NCBI GenBank assembly: GCA_963977015.1
Contig: CAXBMO010000037.1
Location: 1-42,984, forward strand
Direction of reading: 5' to 3'
Length of the DNA: 42,984 nucleotides
Origin: an uncultured bacterium
GTDB taxonomy: Bacteria > Verrucomicrobiota > Verrucomicrobiia > Verrucomicrobiales > DEV007
The position numbers were made by a program, and so were the translations under genes. Below, piece by piece: positions 1 to 9,200 of this stretch (positions are counted from its first letter, which is position 1; each line of letters begins with the position of its first letter). The notes under the pieces are model-generated. The model saw only the letters and a program-made list of their open reading frames with translations. It was not told where the DNA came from and ran no database searches.

Positions 1-49
1 CGCGTCGTTCGGGACGACGAGGTCGCAGGTTCGAATCCTGTCACCCCGA
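1..49 (+). tRNA. tRNA-Pro (anticodon CGG), 3' part; 5' end lies outside the window
   Basis: Anticodon stem CGTCG(3-7)/CGACG(15-19) with loop TTCGGGA (CGG at 10-12); variable loop AGGTC; T-arm GCAGG-TTCGAAT-CCTGT; acceptor 3' strand CACCCCG (42-48) plus discriminator A49; CCA not encoded. Confidence 0.95.
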
Positions 50-271
50 CGCTTTGTGATCAGGTCATCGTGCGATACGAGGTTGCTCACGCGGATGAGG
101 TCATGTCGTCCAATCGGTTTGGCGTGAGAATGATGCCTGCGATTTTGTTGTTAACCTTCGCGGGAGTTCTGGCATATGCCTGTGCGGAACGGGCCTCAAC
201 GCTCTTCCAATCCGCCCCGGCATCCCTCGAACCACTGAAGGATGCGTCAATGCTTCCTTCCTGAATATCTC

Positions 272-1867
272 ATGAAACCCTTGTCTCTGATTCTCCCGGC
301 CCTTCTGACCCTGATCTCCAGTTTGCTTCTCCCGCAGCGGTCTTCCGCCGGTCAGCCGAACATCCTCTTCATCATGTCGGACGACCACACGTCCCAGGCC
401 TTTGGCTGTTACGGAAGCCGGCTCGCCCCGTTGAACCCAACCCCGACGCTTGACCGACTTGCTGCCGAGGGAATGCGGTTTGATCGCGTCTATTGCACCA
501 ACTCGATCTGCACGCCGAGCCGCGCCTCCATCATGACCGGTCAATATCCGCACCGCAACGGGGTTATCGACCTCGATGGTGAGTTGCGCTCAGAAAAGCA
601 GTATCTGGCGACTGAAATGAAGAAGGCCGGTTATCTCACGGCGATGATCGGGAAATGGCATCTCAAAGCCGAGCCGGCCACGTTTGACTACTACTGCGTC
701 CTGCCCGGGCAAGGGAAGTATTTCGATCCCCAGTTCCGGGTTCGCGGCGAGCAGGCGTGGCCGAAGAATACAATCCAGAAGGAAGGCCACAGCAGCGACG
801 TCATCACCGACCTCACCCTCGAATGGCTGGAGAATCGCGACCAATCCAAGCCTTTCTTCCTGATGCATCATTACAAGGCGCCGCATGACATGTTCGAGTA
901 TGCGCCGCGGTATGAGTCTTATCTCGAAGATGTGGAAATCCCCGAGCCGGACAATCTCTATGACCAGCCCGCCGAAGGATTCGGCTCAAACGCGACGCGC
1001 GGCGAGAATGACGAGCTGGTTCCTCGCATCGGAACGTCGATCTCCAGGCGCCACCCGGTTCGCAACTACGGTTTGGATTTCGACGTTGATCCGAGCCTGG
1101 ACGATCGGGAATACACCCATCGGGCCTACCAGGAATACCTGAAACGCTACCTTCGCTGCGTCAAAGGCGTCGACGACAACCTGGCTCGACTCTTCGACTA
1201 TCTCAAAATGGAGGGCTTGTATGACAACACCATCATCATCTATACCGGTGACCAGGGTTTCATGCTGGGAGAACACGACTACATCGACAAACGCTGGATG
1301 TACGAGGAGTCGATGCGGATGCCGTTTCTGGTTCGCTACCCCAAGCTGATCGAGCCCGGCAGCGTCTCGGATCTGTTGATCAACAACACGGACTTTGCGC
1401 CGACGATGCTGGAACTGGCCGGCGCGAGTGTCCCGGACTTCATGCAGGGCCGCAGCTTTGCCCCGGCCCTGTCCGGCAAAGAGCTTCCCGGCTGGCGAAC
1501 CGCCACTTACTACCGCTATTGGATGCACCTGATGCACCACGACAACCCGGCGCACTTCGGCATTCGCACAGCAGACTACAAGCTGATCTTCTACTACGGC
1601 CGTGCCGCGGATGAATCCAAATATGGCAAGCCTTCCATGCCGTGGCTGAAGAACTCATTCAAGATCGAGCCGACCCCGGTCGCCTGGGAGTTCTACGATC
1701 TGCGATCCGACCCCGCGGAGATGCGCAATCAATACGCCAACCCGGAGTATGCCGCGATCATTCAGGGCTTGAAGGACCAGTTGAAGGGAGAGCGGGAGAA
1801 GCTCGGGGACACCGACGAAGAGCGCCCGCACATCCGGGCCGTTGTTGACGAACACTGGACGAACTGA
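272..1867 (+). CDS. Secreted formylglycine-dependent (Cys-type, S1) sulfatase, N-acetylglucosamine-6-sulfatase-like
   Basis: Signal peptide MKPLSLILPALL...SSA, PNILFIMSDDH, signature CTPSRA, GKWHL, GDQGFMLGEH/DKRWMYEES and a C-terminal EFYDLRSDPAEMRN motif. ATG272 is preferred over ATG242 because it starts the signal peptide. Confidence 0.93.
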   Translation: MKPLSLILPALLTLISSLLLPQRSSAGQPNILFIMSDDHTSQAFGCYGSRLAPLNPTPTLDRLAAEGMRFDRVYCTNSICTPSRASIMTGQYPHRNGVIDLDGELRSEKQYLATEMKKAGYLTAMIGKWHLKAEPATFDYYCVLPGQGKYFDPQFRVRGEQAWPKNTIQKEGHSSDVITDLTLEWLENRDQSKPFFLMHHYKAPHDMFEYAPRYESYLEDVEIPEPDNLYDQPAEGFGSNATRGENDELVPRIGTSISRRHPVRNYGLDFDVDPSLDDREYTHRAYQEYLKRYLRCVKGVDDNLARLFDYLKMEGLYDNTIIIYTGDQGFMLGEHDYIDKRWMYEESMRMPFLVRYPKLIEPGSVSDLLINNTDFAPTMLELAGASVPDFMQGRSFAPALSGKELPGWRTATYYRYWMHLMHHDNPAHFGIRTADYKLIFYYGRAADESKYGKPSMPWLKNSFKIEPTPVAWEFYDLRSDPAEMRNQYANPEYAAIIQGLKDQLKGEREKLGDTDEERPHIRAVVDEHWTN

Positions 1868-2026
1868 ACACCGATTGGGCCTTTAGCACTTTAGATGATT
1901 CCCTGGGACGTCGTGAACTGGCCAAAGGCCAAAAGTGCGTCGTTGTTTTGTCCACCAAGGAGCCGATGGCGCCGTGATTGCGGATGCCGTTCAATTGATC
2001 CAACTGAAGTGAACCCTCGAATCTGC

Positions 2027-4645
2027 ATGAATCCAAAACTAATCGCCATCCTGACATTCCTCTGGCCTGCCGCGGTCTCATTCACGGGCGCCGAAGAATT
2101 TCCGCACGTTCCGCCCGCCGACATCCAGGTGCCGGATGGGCTCGAAGTAACCCTCTGGGCGAAATCGCCGCTGCTCTTCAATCCGACGAACATCGACACC
2201 GACGCCGCCGGGCGCATCTGGGTTGCGGAAGGCGTCAACTATCGCCGGGAGATTCATCGCGAGGAAGGCGACCGCATCGTGGTGCTGGAGGACACCGACG
2301 GCGATGGCGTCGCGGATTCGTCGCACACCTTCGTCCAGGATCCGGAGCTGATCTCGCCGCTTGGCCTCAGCGTGTTTGACAACCGCATCGTCGTTGCGCA
2401 GCCGCCGCACATCCTGGTTTACACGGACGTCGACCGCGATTTGAAATTCGATCCGGCGGTGGACCGGCGCGAGGAATTCCTCTCCGGCTTTAACGCGCGC
2501 AATCACGACCACTCGCTTCATACCGTCGTCGCCGGTCCGGATGGGAACTGGTATTTCAGCCAGGGCAACTGCGGGGCACGCATCACCGACAAGGATGGTC
2601 GCGTTTTCCAGTCGGGTGGACCGTATTACGAGAAGGGTGCGGGCAACCCGGAGTGGTTCAACGACCCGACCGAATACGCCGGAAAAGCCTCCGCTGACGG
2701 CAATGTCTACAACGCCGGTTTCGCCGGGCGCATCGCCCCGGACGGCAGCGCTCTCCAAATCGTCGGGCACGGCTTCCGCAACAGCTACGAGCTGTGCGTC
2801 AACTCGCTCGGCGACATTTTTCAGAACGACAACGACGACCGCGTTTCCTGCCGCAACACCTGGCTGATGGAAGGTGGCAATCTGGGCTTTTTCTCGAAGG
2901 ATGGCACGCGGCTCTGGCAACTCGATCGCCGTCCCGGTCAACCTGCGCAGCGCGCTCACTGGCGGCAGGATGACCCCGGCGTGATCCCGGCCGGCGACAT
3001 TTACGGGGGCGGCTCGCCCACCGGCGTCTGCTTTTATGAAAACGGTGCGCTTCCCGCCAGGTTTGAAGGCAGTTTTCTCAGCGCCGAAGCCCGCGCCCGG
3101 GTGATTTTCTCCTACCAGCCGGAACTGTCCAAAACCGGGGCGGCGATGGAACTCGGCAAGCGCATCGACCTCGTCTCCTGCCCGGACAATCTGAATTTTC
3201 GGCCCTCCGACATCGCCATCGGCGCGGACGGAGCGCTTTACGTGGCCGACTGGTATGATACCAAGGTCGGCGGGCACAAGGCCGAGGATCCGACGCATGC
3301 CGGGGCCATCTACCGAATCGCGCCGAAGGGTTTCACGCCCGCAATTCCGGATTCCGTCGGCGATCCAATTGCGCTGCTGAAGAGTCCCGCCGCCAGCGTC
3401 CGGTTGACCGGTTTTGAGAACTTGAAGGCCGCTGGATCCGATGCCCTGCCCGCGGTGAAAGAGTTGCTCTCCGCCGACAGCTCCTGGTTCCGCGCCCGCG
3501 CCGTCTGGCTGCTGCCGCATCTCGGTGAGGAAGGGCTCGCGCTCTGCCGTGAGCAGCTTTCGGACGATTCGGCGACGCAGCGACTGCTCGCTTTCCGAGC
3601 CCTGCGCGCTGCCGGAGGTGACGTCATCGAACTCGCCGGACAGCTTGTCGACGACCCCAGCGCAGCCGTCCGCCGGGAGGTCGCCGTTTCCCTGCGTGAC
3701 GCCGACGGAGAAGCGAAGCTGCCGCTCGTGATCCATCTCTTCGCCACCGCCGATGGCAGCGACCGTCATTACCTTGAAGCCTGCGGGCTCGCCGCCGAGG
3801 ACATCGAGGATGAGGTTTGGCAGGCCCTGCGGGAAACCGGGAACCCGTCTGACCCGCTCGCTTGGACCGAAACCTTGGCCCTGCAAACCTGGCGGCTCCA
3901 GCCACGGGGGGCCGTTCCCGCTTTGATCGAACGCTCCGCAGCCAATACCCTGAACGCTGAAACACGGAACCAGGCCGTCGAAACGCTCGCCTTCATCGGC
4001 ACCCGCGAATCGGTCGACGCGCTCGCCGCTGTCGCCGCGGGGGAAGGGGAGGTCGCCAATTTTGCCGCCTGGTGGTTTCTCAGCCGAGGTCTGACCAAGT
4101 GGGCGGATTTCGGCGTTCGTGAGTTGCTGAAGGAACGCGGCATCTACGATCCCGACACTGTCGTTCTCACCGCCGCCACCGTCCCTCCGGCGGGCGAGAC
4201 GAAATTGCCCAGCTCGCGGGAACTCGCGGCGATGAAGGGCGACCCCGCTGCCGGTAAGCTCCAGGCGAATCGCTGCATCATGTGTCACCAGTTTGATGGC
4301 GTGGGGATCGACTACGGCCCCGATCTCCGGGATTGGGTCGCCAACCAGGGCCGGGAAGCCTTTTTCGAGGCCGTAATTCATCCCTCTGCCGGCATCGCGC
4401 ACGGTTTTACCGGCACCACCATCACGTTGAAAAACGGTGAGGTCATTGAGGGCCTGGTTTACAGCAAGGGCGATCCCGTGGTGGTGCAATCCATGGGCGG
4501 GCATGAGCAATACGTCCCGCAAGATCGGATTCAGCGCATGAAAACGATGTGGAACAAATCGCTGATGCTTTCCGCCGACCAGCTTGGGTTCACCGCGCAG
4601 CAATTGGTGGATCTGGCGGCCTACCTGGAGACCTATCGTGACTAA
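2027..4645 (+). CDS. PVC-type heme-binding CxxCH protein (glucose/sorbosone-dehydrogenase-like beta-propeller + HEAT repeats + cytochrome c)
   Basis: Signal peptide at MNPKLIAIL; propeller motifs NPTNIDTDAAGRIWVAE, GFRNSYE, FRPSDIAIGADGALYVADWYD; HEAT-like helical middle; C-terminal GDPAAGK..CIMCH..GPDL...LVDLAAYL. The start is inferred. Confidence 0.88.
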   Translation: MNPKLIAILTFLWPAAVSFTGAEEFPHVPPADIQVPDGLEVTLWAKSPLLFNPTNIDTDAAGRIWVAEGVNYRREIHREEGDRIVVLEDTDGDGVADSSHTFVQDPELISPLGLSVFDNRIVVAQPPHILVYTDVDRDLKFDPAVDRREEFLSGFNARNHDHSLHTVVAGPDGNWYFSQGNCGARITDKDGRVFQSGGPYYEKGAGNPEWFNDPTEYAGKASADGNVYNAGFAGRIAPDGSALQIVGHGFRNSYELCVNSLGDIFQNDNDDRVSCRNTWLMEGGNLGFFSKDGTRLWQLDRRPGQPAQRAHWRQDDPGVIPAGDIYGGGSPTGVCFYENGALPARFEGSFLSAEARARVIFSYQPELSKTGAAMELGKRIDLVSCPDNLNFRPSDIAIGADGALYVADWYDTKVGGHKAEDPTHAGAIYRIAPKGFTPAIPDSVGDPIALLKSPAASVRLTGFENLKAAGSDALPAVKELLSADSSWFRARAVWLLPHLGEEGLALCREQLSDDSATQRLLAFRALRAAGGDVIELAGQLVDDPSAAVRREVAVSLRDADGEAKLPLVIHLFATADGSDRHYLEACGLAAEDIEDEVWQALRETGNPSDPLAWTETLALQTWRLQPRGAVPALIERSAANTLNAETRNQAVETLAFIGTRESVDALAAVAAGEGEVANFAAWWFLSRGLTKWADFGVRELLKERGIYDPDTVVLTAATVPPAGETKLPSSRELAAMKGDPAAGKLQANRCIMCHQFDGVGIDYGPDLRDWVANQGREAFFEAVIHPSAGIAHGFTGTTITLKNGEVIEGLVYSKGDPVVVQSMGGHEQYVPQDRIQRMKTMWNKSLMLSADQLGFTAQQLVDLAAYLETYRD

Positions 4646-4770
4646 AAAGCGGAATTTTTCAGGGGAAATGCTGTTAGGTTTGGTTTCGACCGGGAGTAGT
4701 GGGATATGAGCCGTCCTGAATGCCGGTTTGCATGGGGCAGACCCGGGCGGTTTGAACCGATTGGAAAAGA

Positions 4771-5529
4771 ATGCCCAAGATGATCCAGCTGGAGCTGAAA
4801 GAACAGTTTGTTGCCCGGGTTCGCCGCGGTTTTGAGTGGCAAGCCCTGTTCAACCATTTGCCGGAAGTGTGCTTTTTTGCCAAGGACACAGACAGCAGAT
4901 TGATCGCGGCGGACACCTCCGTGGTCGAGCGCCTCGGCCTCAGTGATGAATCTGAACTGATCGGGCGGCCGGACATCGACTTTTTCCCGGAAGAGATCGC
5001 GCGGGGATATCGGGCTGACGATCTGTTGGTGATCAGGAGCGGCAAACCGTTGATTGGCCGCTTGGAGGTGTGGAAGAGCGAAGGCCTGAGGCTGCGGTGG
5101 TGCGTCACCAACAAATACCCCCTGTTTGACGATGCGGGAGATGTCATCGGGATCATGGGGACAACTCAGCCCCGGAGCGGGGAGGGCGCTTCTTTCGTGC
5201 ATTCGCCAAGAATCGCCCGGGCGATCAGTTTCATTGAGGAACACTACGCGGAGCCTGTGCGGATCGAGCCGCTGGCGGAAGAGTTGAACCTGACGTCTCG
5301 TCAGCTCAACCGGTCCTTCCTTCGCGAAGTCGGGGTTTCAGTCCGGGCGTTCCACACCCGAGCCCGGATCCTCGCAGCGGCCAATTGCCTCCTCGAAACC
5401 GACGACCCGGTGAGCGACATTGCCCTGGATACGGGGTTTTGCGACCAGAGCGCGCTTTCCCGGGCATTCCGCAAGCAGATGGGTTGTTCGCCGGGTGAAT
5501 TTCGCCGCCGTTCGCAGACCTATTCCTAG
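4771..5529 (+). CDS. AraC-family transcriptional regulator with N-terminal PAS domain
   Basis: PAS-like FFAKDTDSRLIAA...LIGRPDIDFFP...YRADD; C-terminal AraC HTH with signature IALDTGFCDQSALSRAFRKQMGCSPGEFR. Confidence 0.93.
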   Translation: MPKMIQLELKEQFVARVRRGFEWQALFNHLPEVCFFAKDTDSRLIAADTSVVERLGLSDESELIGRPDIDFFPEEIARGYRADDLLVIRSGKPLIGRLEVWKSEGLRLRWCVTNKYPLFDDAGDVIGIMGTTQPRSGEGASFVHSPRIARAISFIEEHYAEPVRIEPLAEELNLTSRQLNRSFLREVGVSVRAFHTRARILAAANCLLETDDPVSDIALDTGFCDQSALSRAFRKQMGCSPGEFRRRSQTYS

Positions 5530-5649
5530 GTTCGGTTCGGCGAGCGTCGTGGAAGCGAGCGCCAAAAAACGTGAATTTGTGGTCAATCGACTCTTAAACC
5601 CGGTAATTCGAATCAAGCCAATCGGGGGCCACGCTGGTTAAATAGCGAC

Positions 5650-6246
5650 GTGTTGGACAACCTCTCATTTGAAGCTGAACCGAGCCAGTCTGTGGCGACC
5701 AGTTCGGCTTCCTTCGCCGAATCCGCTCCCCTTCGCTTCGCGACGGAGCCTGGCGAGTGTGGGCAACGCCTTGTGTTGGTCGAAGGACCGGCCCGGGAGA
5801 GGGAAGTTCTGTTCGCGGAAGATCTGGAACCGCACGAGCAGCATTCTGAGCTGGCTCCGGTTTACGAAACCGTCGAGTTGTCCTACACCGACCCCGCTGT
5901 TTCCGGCCCCGACGAGACCGTTCAGTTCTACTCCTGGAACTGTCCGGAGTCTGATACCCGGCCATCGCGGGTTTCGCAGGCGCGGAAAGTCGCTCGGAAA
6001 CTCGGTGCCTCCGGTCCGGAGCGCTTCTCGCGCATTCCCACGCCGCTGCTCGTCAGTTTCGAGCGCTTTTATCAGGGGTGCCACGGTCAGCCCGCCCGTT
6101 CGGATGACGGCGACGGAGATTCTTCGTCTGGAGACGCCTTTCAAACCCAAATCTCTACCCTTTTGAATCGAACCAAGCGGAAGAAGCCAAGCTCACGGCT
6201 CCTCCGCTTTTCTATTTCGGGAAGAACTTGCGTTCTCCCGGCCTGA
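5650..6246 (+). CDS. Hypothetical protein immediately upstream of the giant surface-protein gene
   Basis: 198-codon GTG-start ORF that fills an otherwise empty ~770-bp gap and ends 49 bp before the giant gene; coding-like codon pattern in its middle; no recognisable family. Confidence 0.4.
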   Translation: MLDNLSFEAEPSQSVATSSASFAESAPLRFATEPGECGQRLVLVEGPAREREVLFAEDLEPHEQHSELAPVYETVELSYTDPAVSGPDETVQFYSWNCPESDTRPSRVSQARKVARKLGASGPERFSRIPTPLLVSFERFYQGCHGQPARSDDGDGDSSSGDAFQTQISTLLNRTKRKKPSSRLLRFSISGRTCVLPA

Positions 6247-6295
6247 GCCCGCCATCGCCTGGCATCACCTCCCTAATCCCCCCTCAAGACACGTC

Positions 6296-9200
6296 ATGAA
6301 GCAAGAGACCCCGAAGCCCGAAAACCAGAAGAAGCCCGGATTACTGGATCGTATCCTCGGCAAAAGCGGCCCTGATGCGCAGGGGAAACGGACCCTGATG
6401 TTCGAGACTCTGGAGCCGCGCGTTCTTTACTCCGCTGCGCCGGTTGAAGCCGCCCCCGAAGCCGAAGACGCCGGACCGGCTGATACGATCGAAGTGGCCG
6501 CCGCTGCATCCGAGCAAGTCGCGCCGACACCGTCGATGGCCAACGAAGATCCCTCCGCTTTGGTGACGGATGTCAACGGAATGGAATTGGCGGTGTCCGA
6601 GGTGGGGGTGGACAGCGATGTCATTGTTCTGCTGGACGACAACGCAGCGGAGGACGGGGAACAGGCTGCGTTGGCCACGGCGCCTCCGGAGCAAACCGTC
6701 ACCCTCTCCACCGTCGATCTGGAACCGTTGGTGCAGGAGTCGGTCGCGCGCTGGCAAAGCACCGGGCTGACGGACGAGCAGCTAACCGCGTTGATGAACG
6801 CGACCTATCAGATTGTCGATCTCGGCGGCAACTACCTCGGCGCGACCGAGGGGAGCCGGATCTCGATCGACGACGACGCGGCCGGCATTGGCTGGTTTGT
6901 CGATTTGACCCCGGATCAGGACGAGGAGTTCACCCTGGCGGCCGGCGTCGATTCGCAAATGATTGCCAACCTGGACTCGGCCGCGCGGGAGCGGATTGAT
7001 TTGCTGAGTATCCTCATGCATGAGCAGGGACACATTCTGGGGTTGCCGGATGTGAGTGAGGCGCAGCGCGATTTGATGTTTGCCTGGTTTGGAGAGGGGG
7101 AACGCCGTCTCCCGGCCGAAGGGCAGGCTGAAGGATCAGAGCCGGGCAGCCTTGAGGGCGTGCATTATGCCACCGTGCCGGTCTACACGGCCGCGGTCGC
7201 GGATGGGACGATAGATGGATCTGCGCTCACAGTGGTCACCAATTGGGGCGACAACCCAGTTTCCTATGGAGCATGGAGCTATTTTAACAACAACATCACG
7301 TTAAGTCCCAATGCTGACGGGACGATCCTTTTCCGGGGGAATTGGACTGCAACCAGAGCCTTTGGGGTGGCGCTGGATGCCACAGCCTCCGGTTTGGACC
7401 TTCAAAACGGAACTGAATACACCTTAAGATTTGATGTGACCGGGCATACCGGGGCGGCCATTGATGCTGCCGGGGCCTTTGTCCAGCAGGGGGGAGCCGG
7501 GCCTCAAATCGATTTCACGTCCGGCGATACCGGGACCGTCGAACCTACAAGCAACACGGAGTATCTGTTACAGAATTTCGCGCAGTCAGACAGTGTGGCG
7601 ATCACAGGGGACGGTTCCCTGACCATCCCGTTCATCTACGACAGTTCGAACCCCACAGTGGCGATCTTGTTTTCACAGGATGACAACACTAGCGGCACCA
7701 GTGAGTTTTATCTCTCCAATATCCGCATCACCGAGGAGGTGACCCTCAACACGGATCCCTATGTCGTCACCAACAACCCGATCAAGACGGTGGCCAACAC
7801 CGCGGGCAATACCCTGAGAGCCTTTGAGCTCGAGCACAGGGATGACGATACGGCTGCTTCCGGCCTGACCTACACCGTGTCAAACCTGACCGGCGGAGTG
7901 GTGGTGAACCTCAATGGTAGCTCAACCACCACTTTCACTCAGGCTGATCTTAACAATGGCCTCGTGTCCGTGGACGCGGGCTCGGCTTCCGGCAGCTTCG
8001 ATTTCTCGGTCTCTGATGGAGGTGCGAATCCCGCGAGCGGCACCTTTAACGTGACCGTGGAAACCACACCGACCATCGTCTATGTCGATTCCTCTTTCGC
8101 CGGGAGCGGCCAGGTGGACGGCGACCAGGAAGCAGTCGGCAGCCAATCCGCCGTCATCGGAACCAACGCCTTCGATACGATTGCCGCAGCCGTCGGCGCG
8201 TTGGAGACCAGTCAGGACGGGACCATCATCATCAATTCGGGATCCTATGGAGATATTGACCTGCCGGCGCTGAAAACCGCTGCGGGCCATACTGGCAACC
8301 TTTCGCTCGTCTTCGTGGAAGGCGATTCCACCCTGGGTTCGCTCATCACCGGCGCGGGCGACAGCGTGGTGCTGGGCGGGATCGACGCCAATCACCCCAC
8401 GGCGGTCACCTTGATGACCGGAAATGCCGGTGACCAGAACATCGTCGGGGTGATTTCGGGCACGGGTGGCATTACCAAGGTCGGCACTGGCACGCTGACC
8501 TTGAGTGGAGCCAATACCTACACGGGCCAAACCACCGTTTCCGCGGGTGTTCTCCAAATGGGGCACGATGACGCATTCGGCGCAGCTTCGGAGGGGACCA
8601 CCGTGGCAAGCGGCGCGGCTCTGGATCTCAACGGCCATCAAACGTTCGACACGGTGACCGTCAGCGGGCACGGAACGGGAGAAACGGATCGCGGTGCCTT
8701 GTACACCACTGTTTACGGCGGGAACCATGGCCTTCAATCGGTGATTCTGACCGGAGACACTTCGATCGGTAACGGCGGTGGTCTGCGGTTTGATATCAAG
8801 GGCGGAATCACCAGCGACGGCGGTCCATGGGCCCTTACCAAAGTGGGGAACAACTTCATCGGGGTGAGTGGCGCGCCGGAACTGCAGAAGCTGATTATCG
8901 ACAGCGGTGAGTGGGGAATGGCGAGCAACAACGGCTTCAGCAACGTCACGAACCAGGACGTCCAGGTAAATGCCAACGGCGTGCTTGCGATCTATCGGAA
9001 CAAGGATTTTTCGGCGAATATCACCCTGAACGACGGCGGTAAAATCCTGAATAACCAGGGCAACGACGCCAACGACCGCACCACCAACATTAACGGCACC
9101 ATCACACTGGTCGGAAGCGGCAACGAAATCGAGGCGCAGAAGGGAAGTGGCGCCGGGACGGTCTCGATCAACATCAACGCGATCATCAGCGGATCGGGTG

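Noticed and set aside
170-185. sigma54 promoter-like TGGCATATGCCTGTGC upstream of the sulfatase
   Set aside because: The GG-to-GC spacing is one base too long for the strict -24/-12 geometry.
70-264. 64-aa ORF between the tRNA and the sulfatase
   Set aside because: It is short, has a GTG start with no clear RBS and no recognisable family, and more likely is the promoter region of the sulfatase.
2078-4603. 841-aa antisense ORF (also 14120-15931, 12698-14110, 7922-9253, 38258-39340)
   Set aside because: These are shadows of well-supported genes on the opposite strand, expected from biased codon usage; they carry no recognisable motifs.
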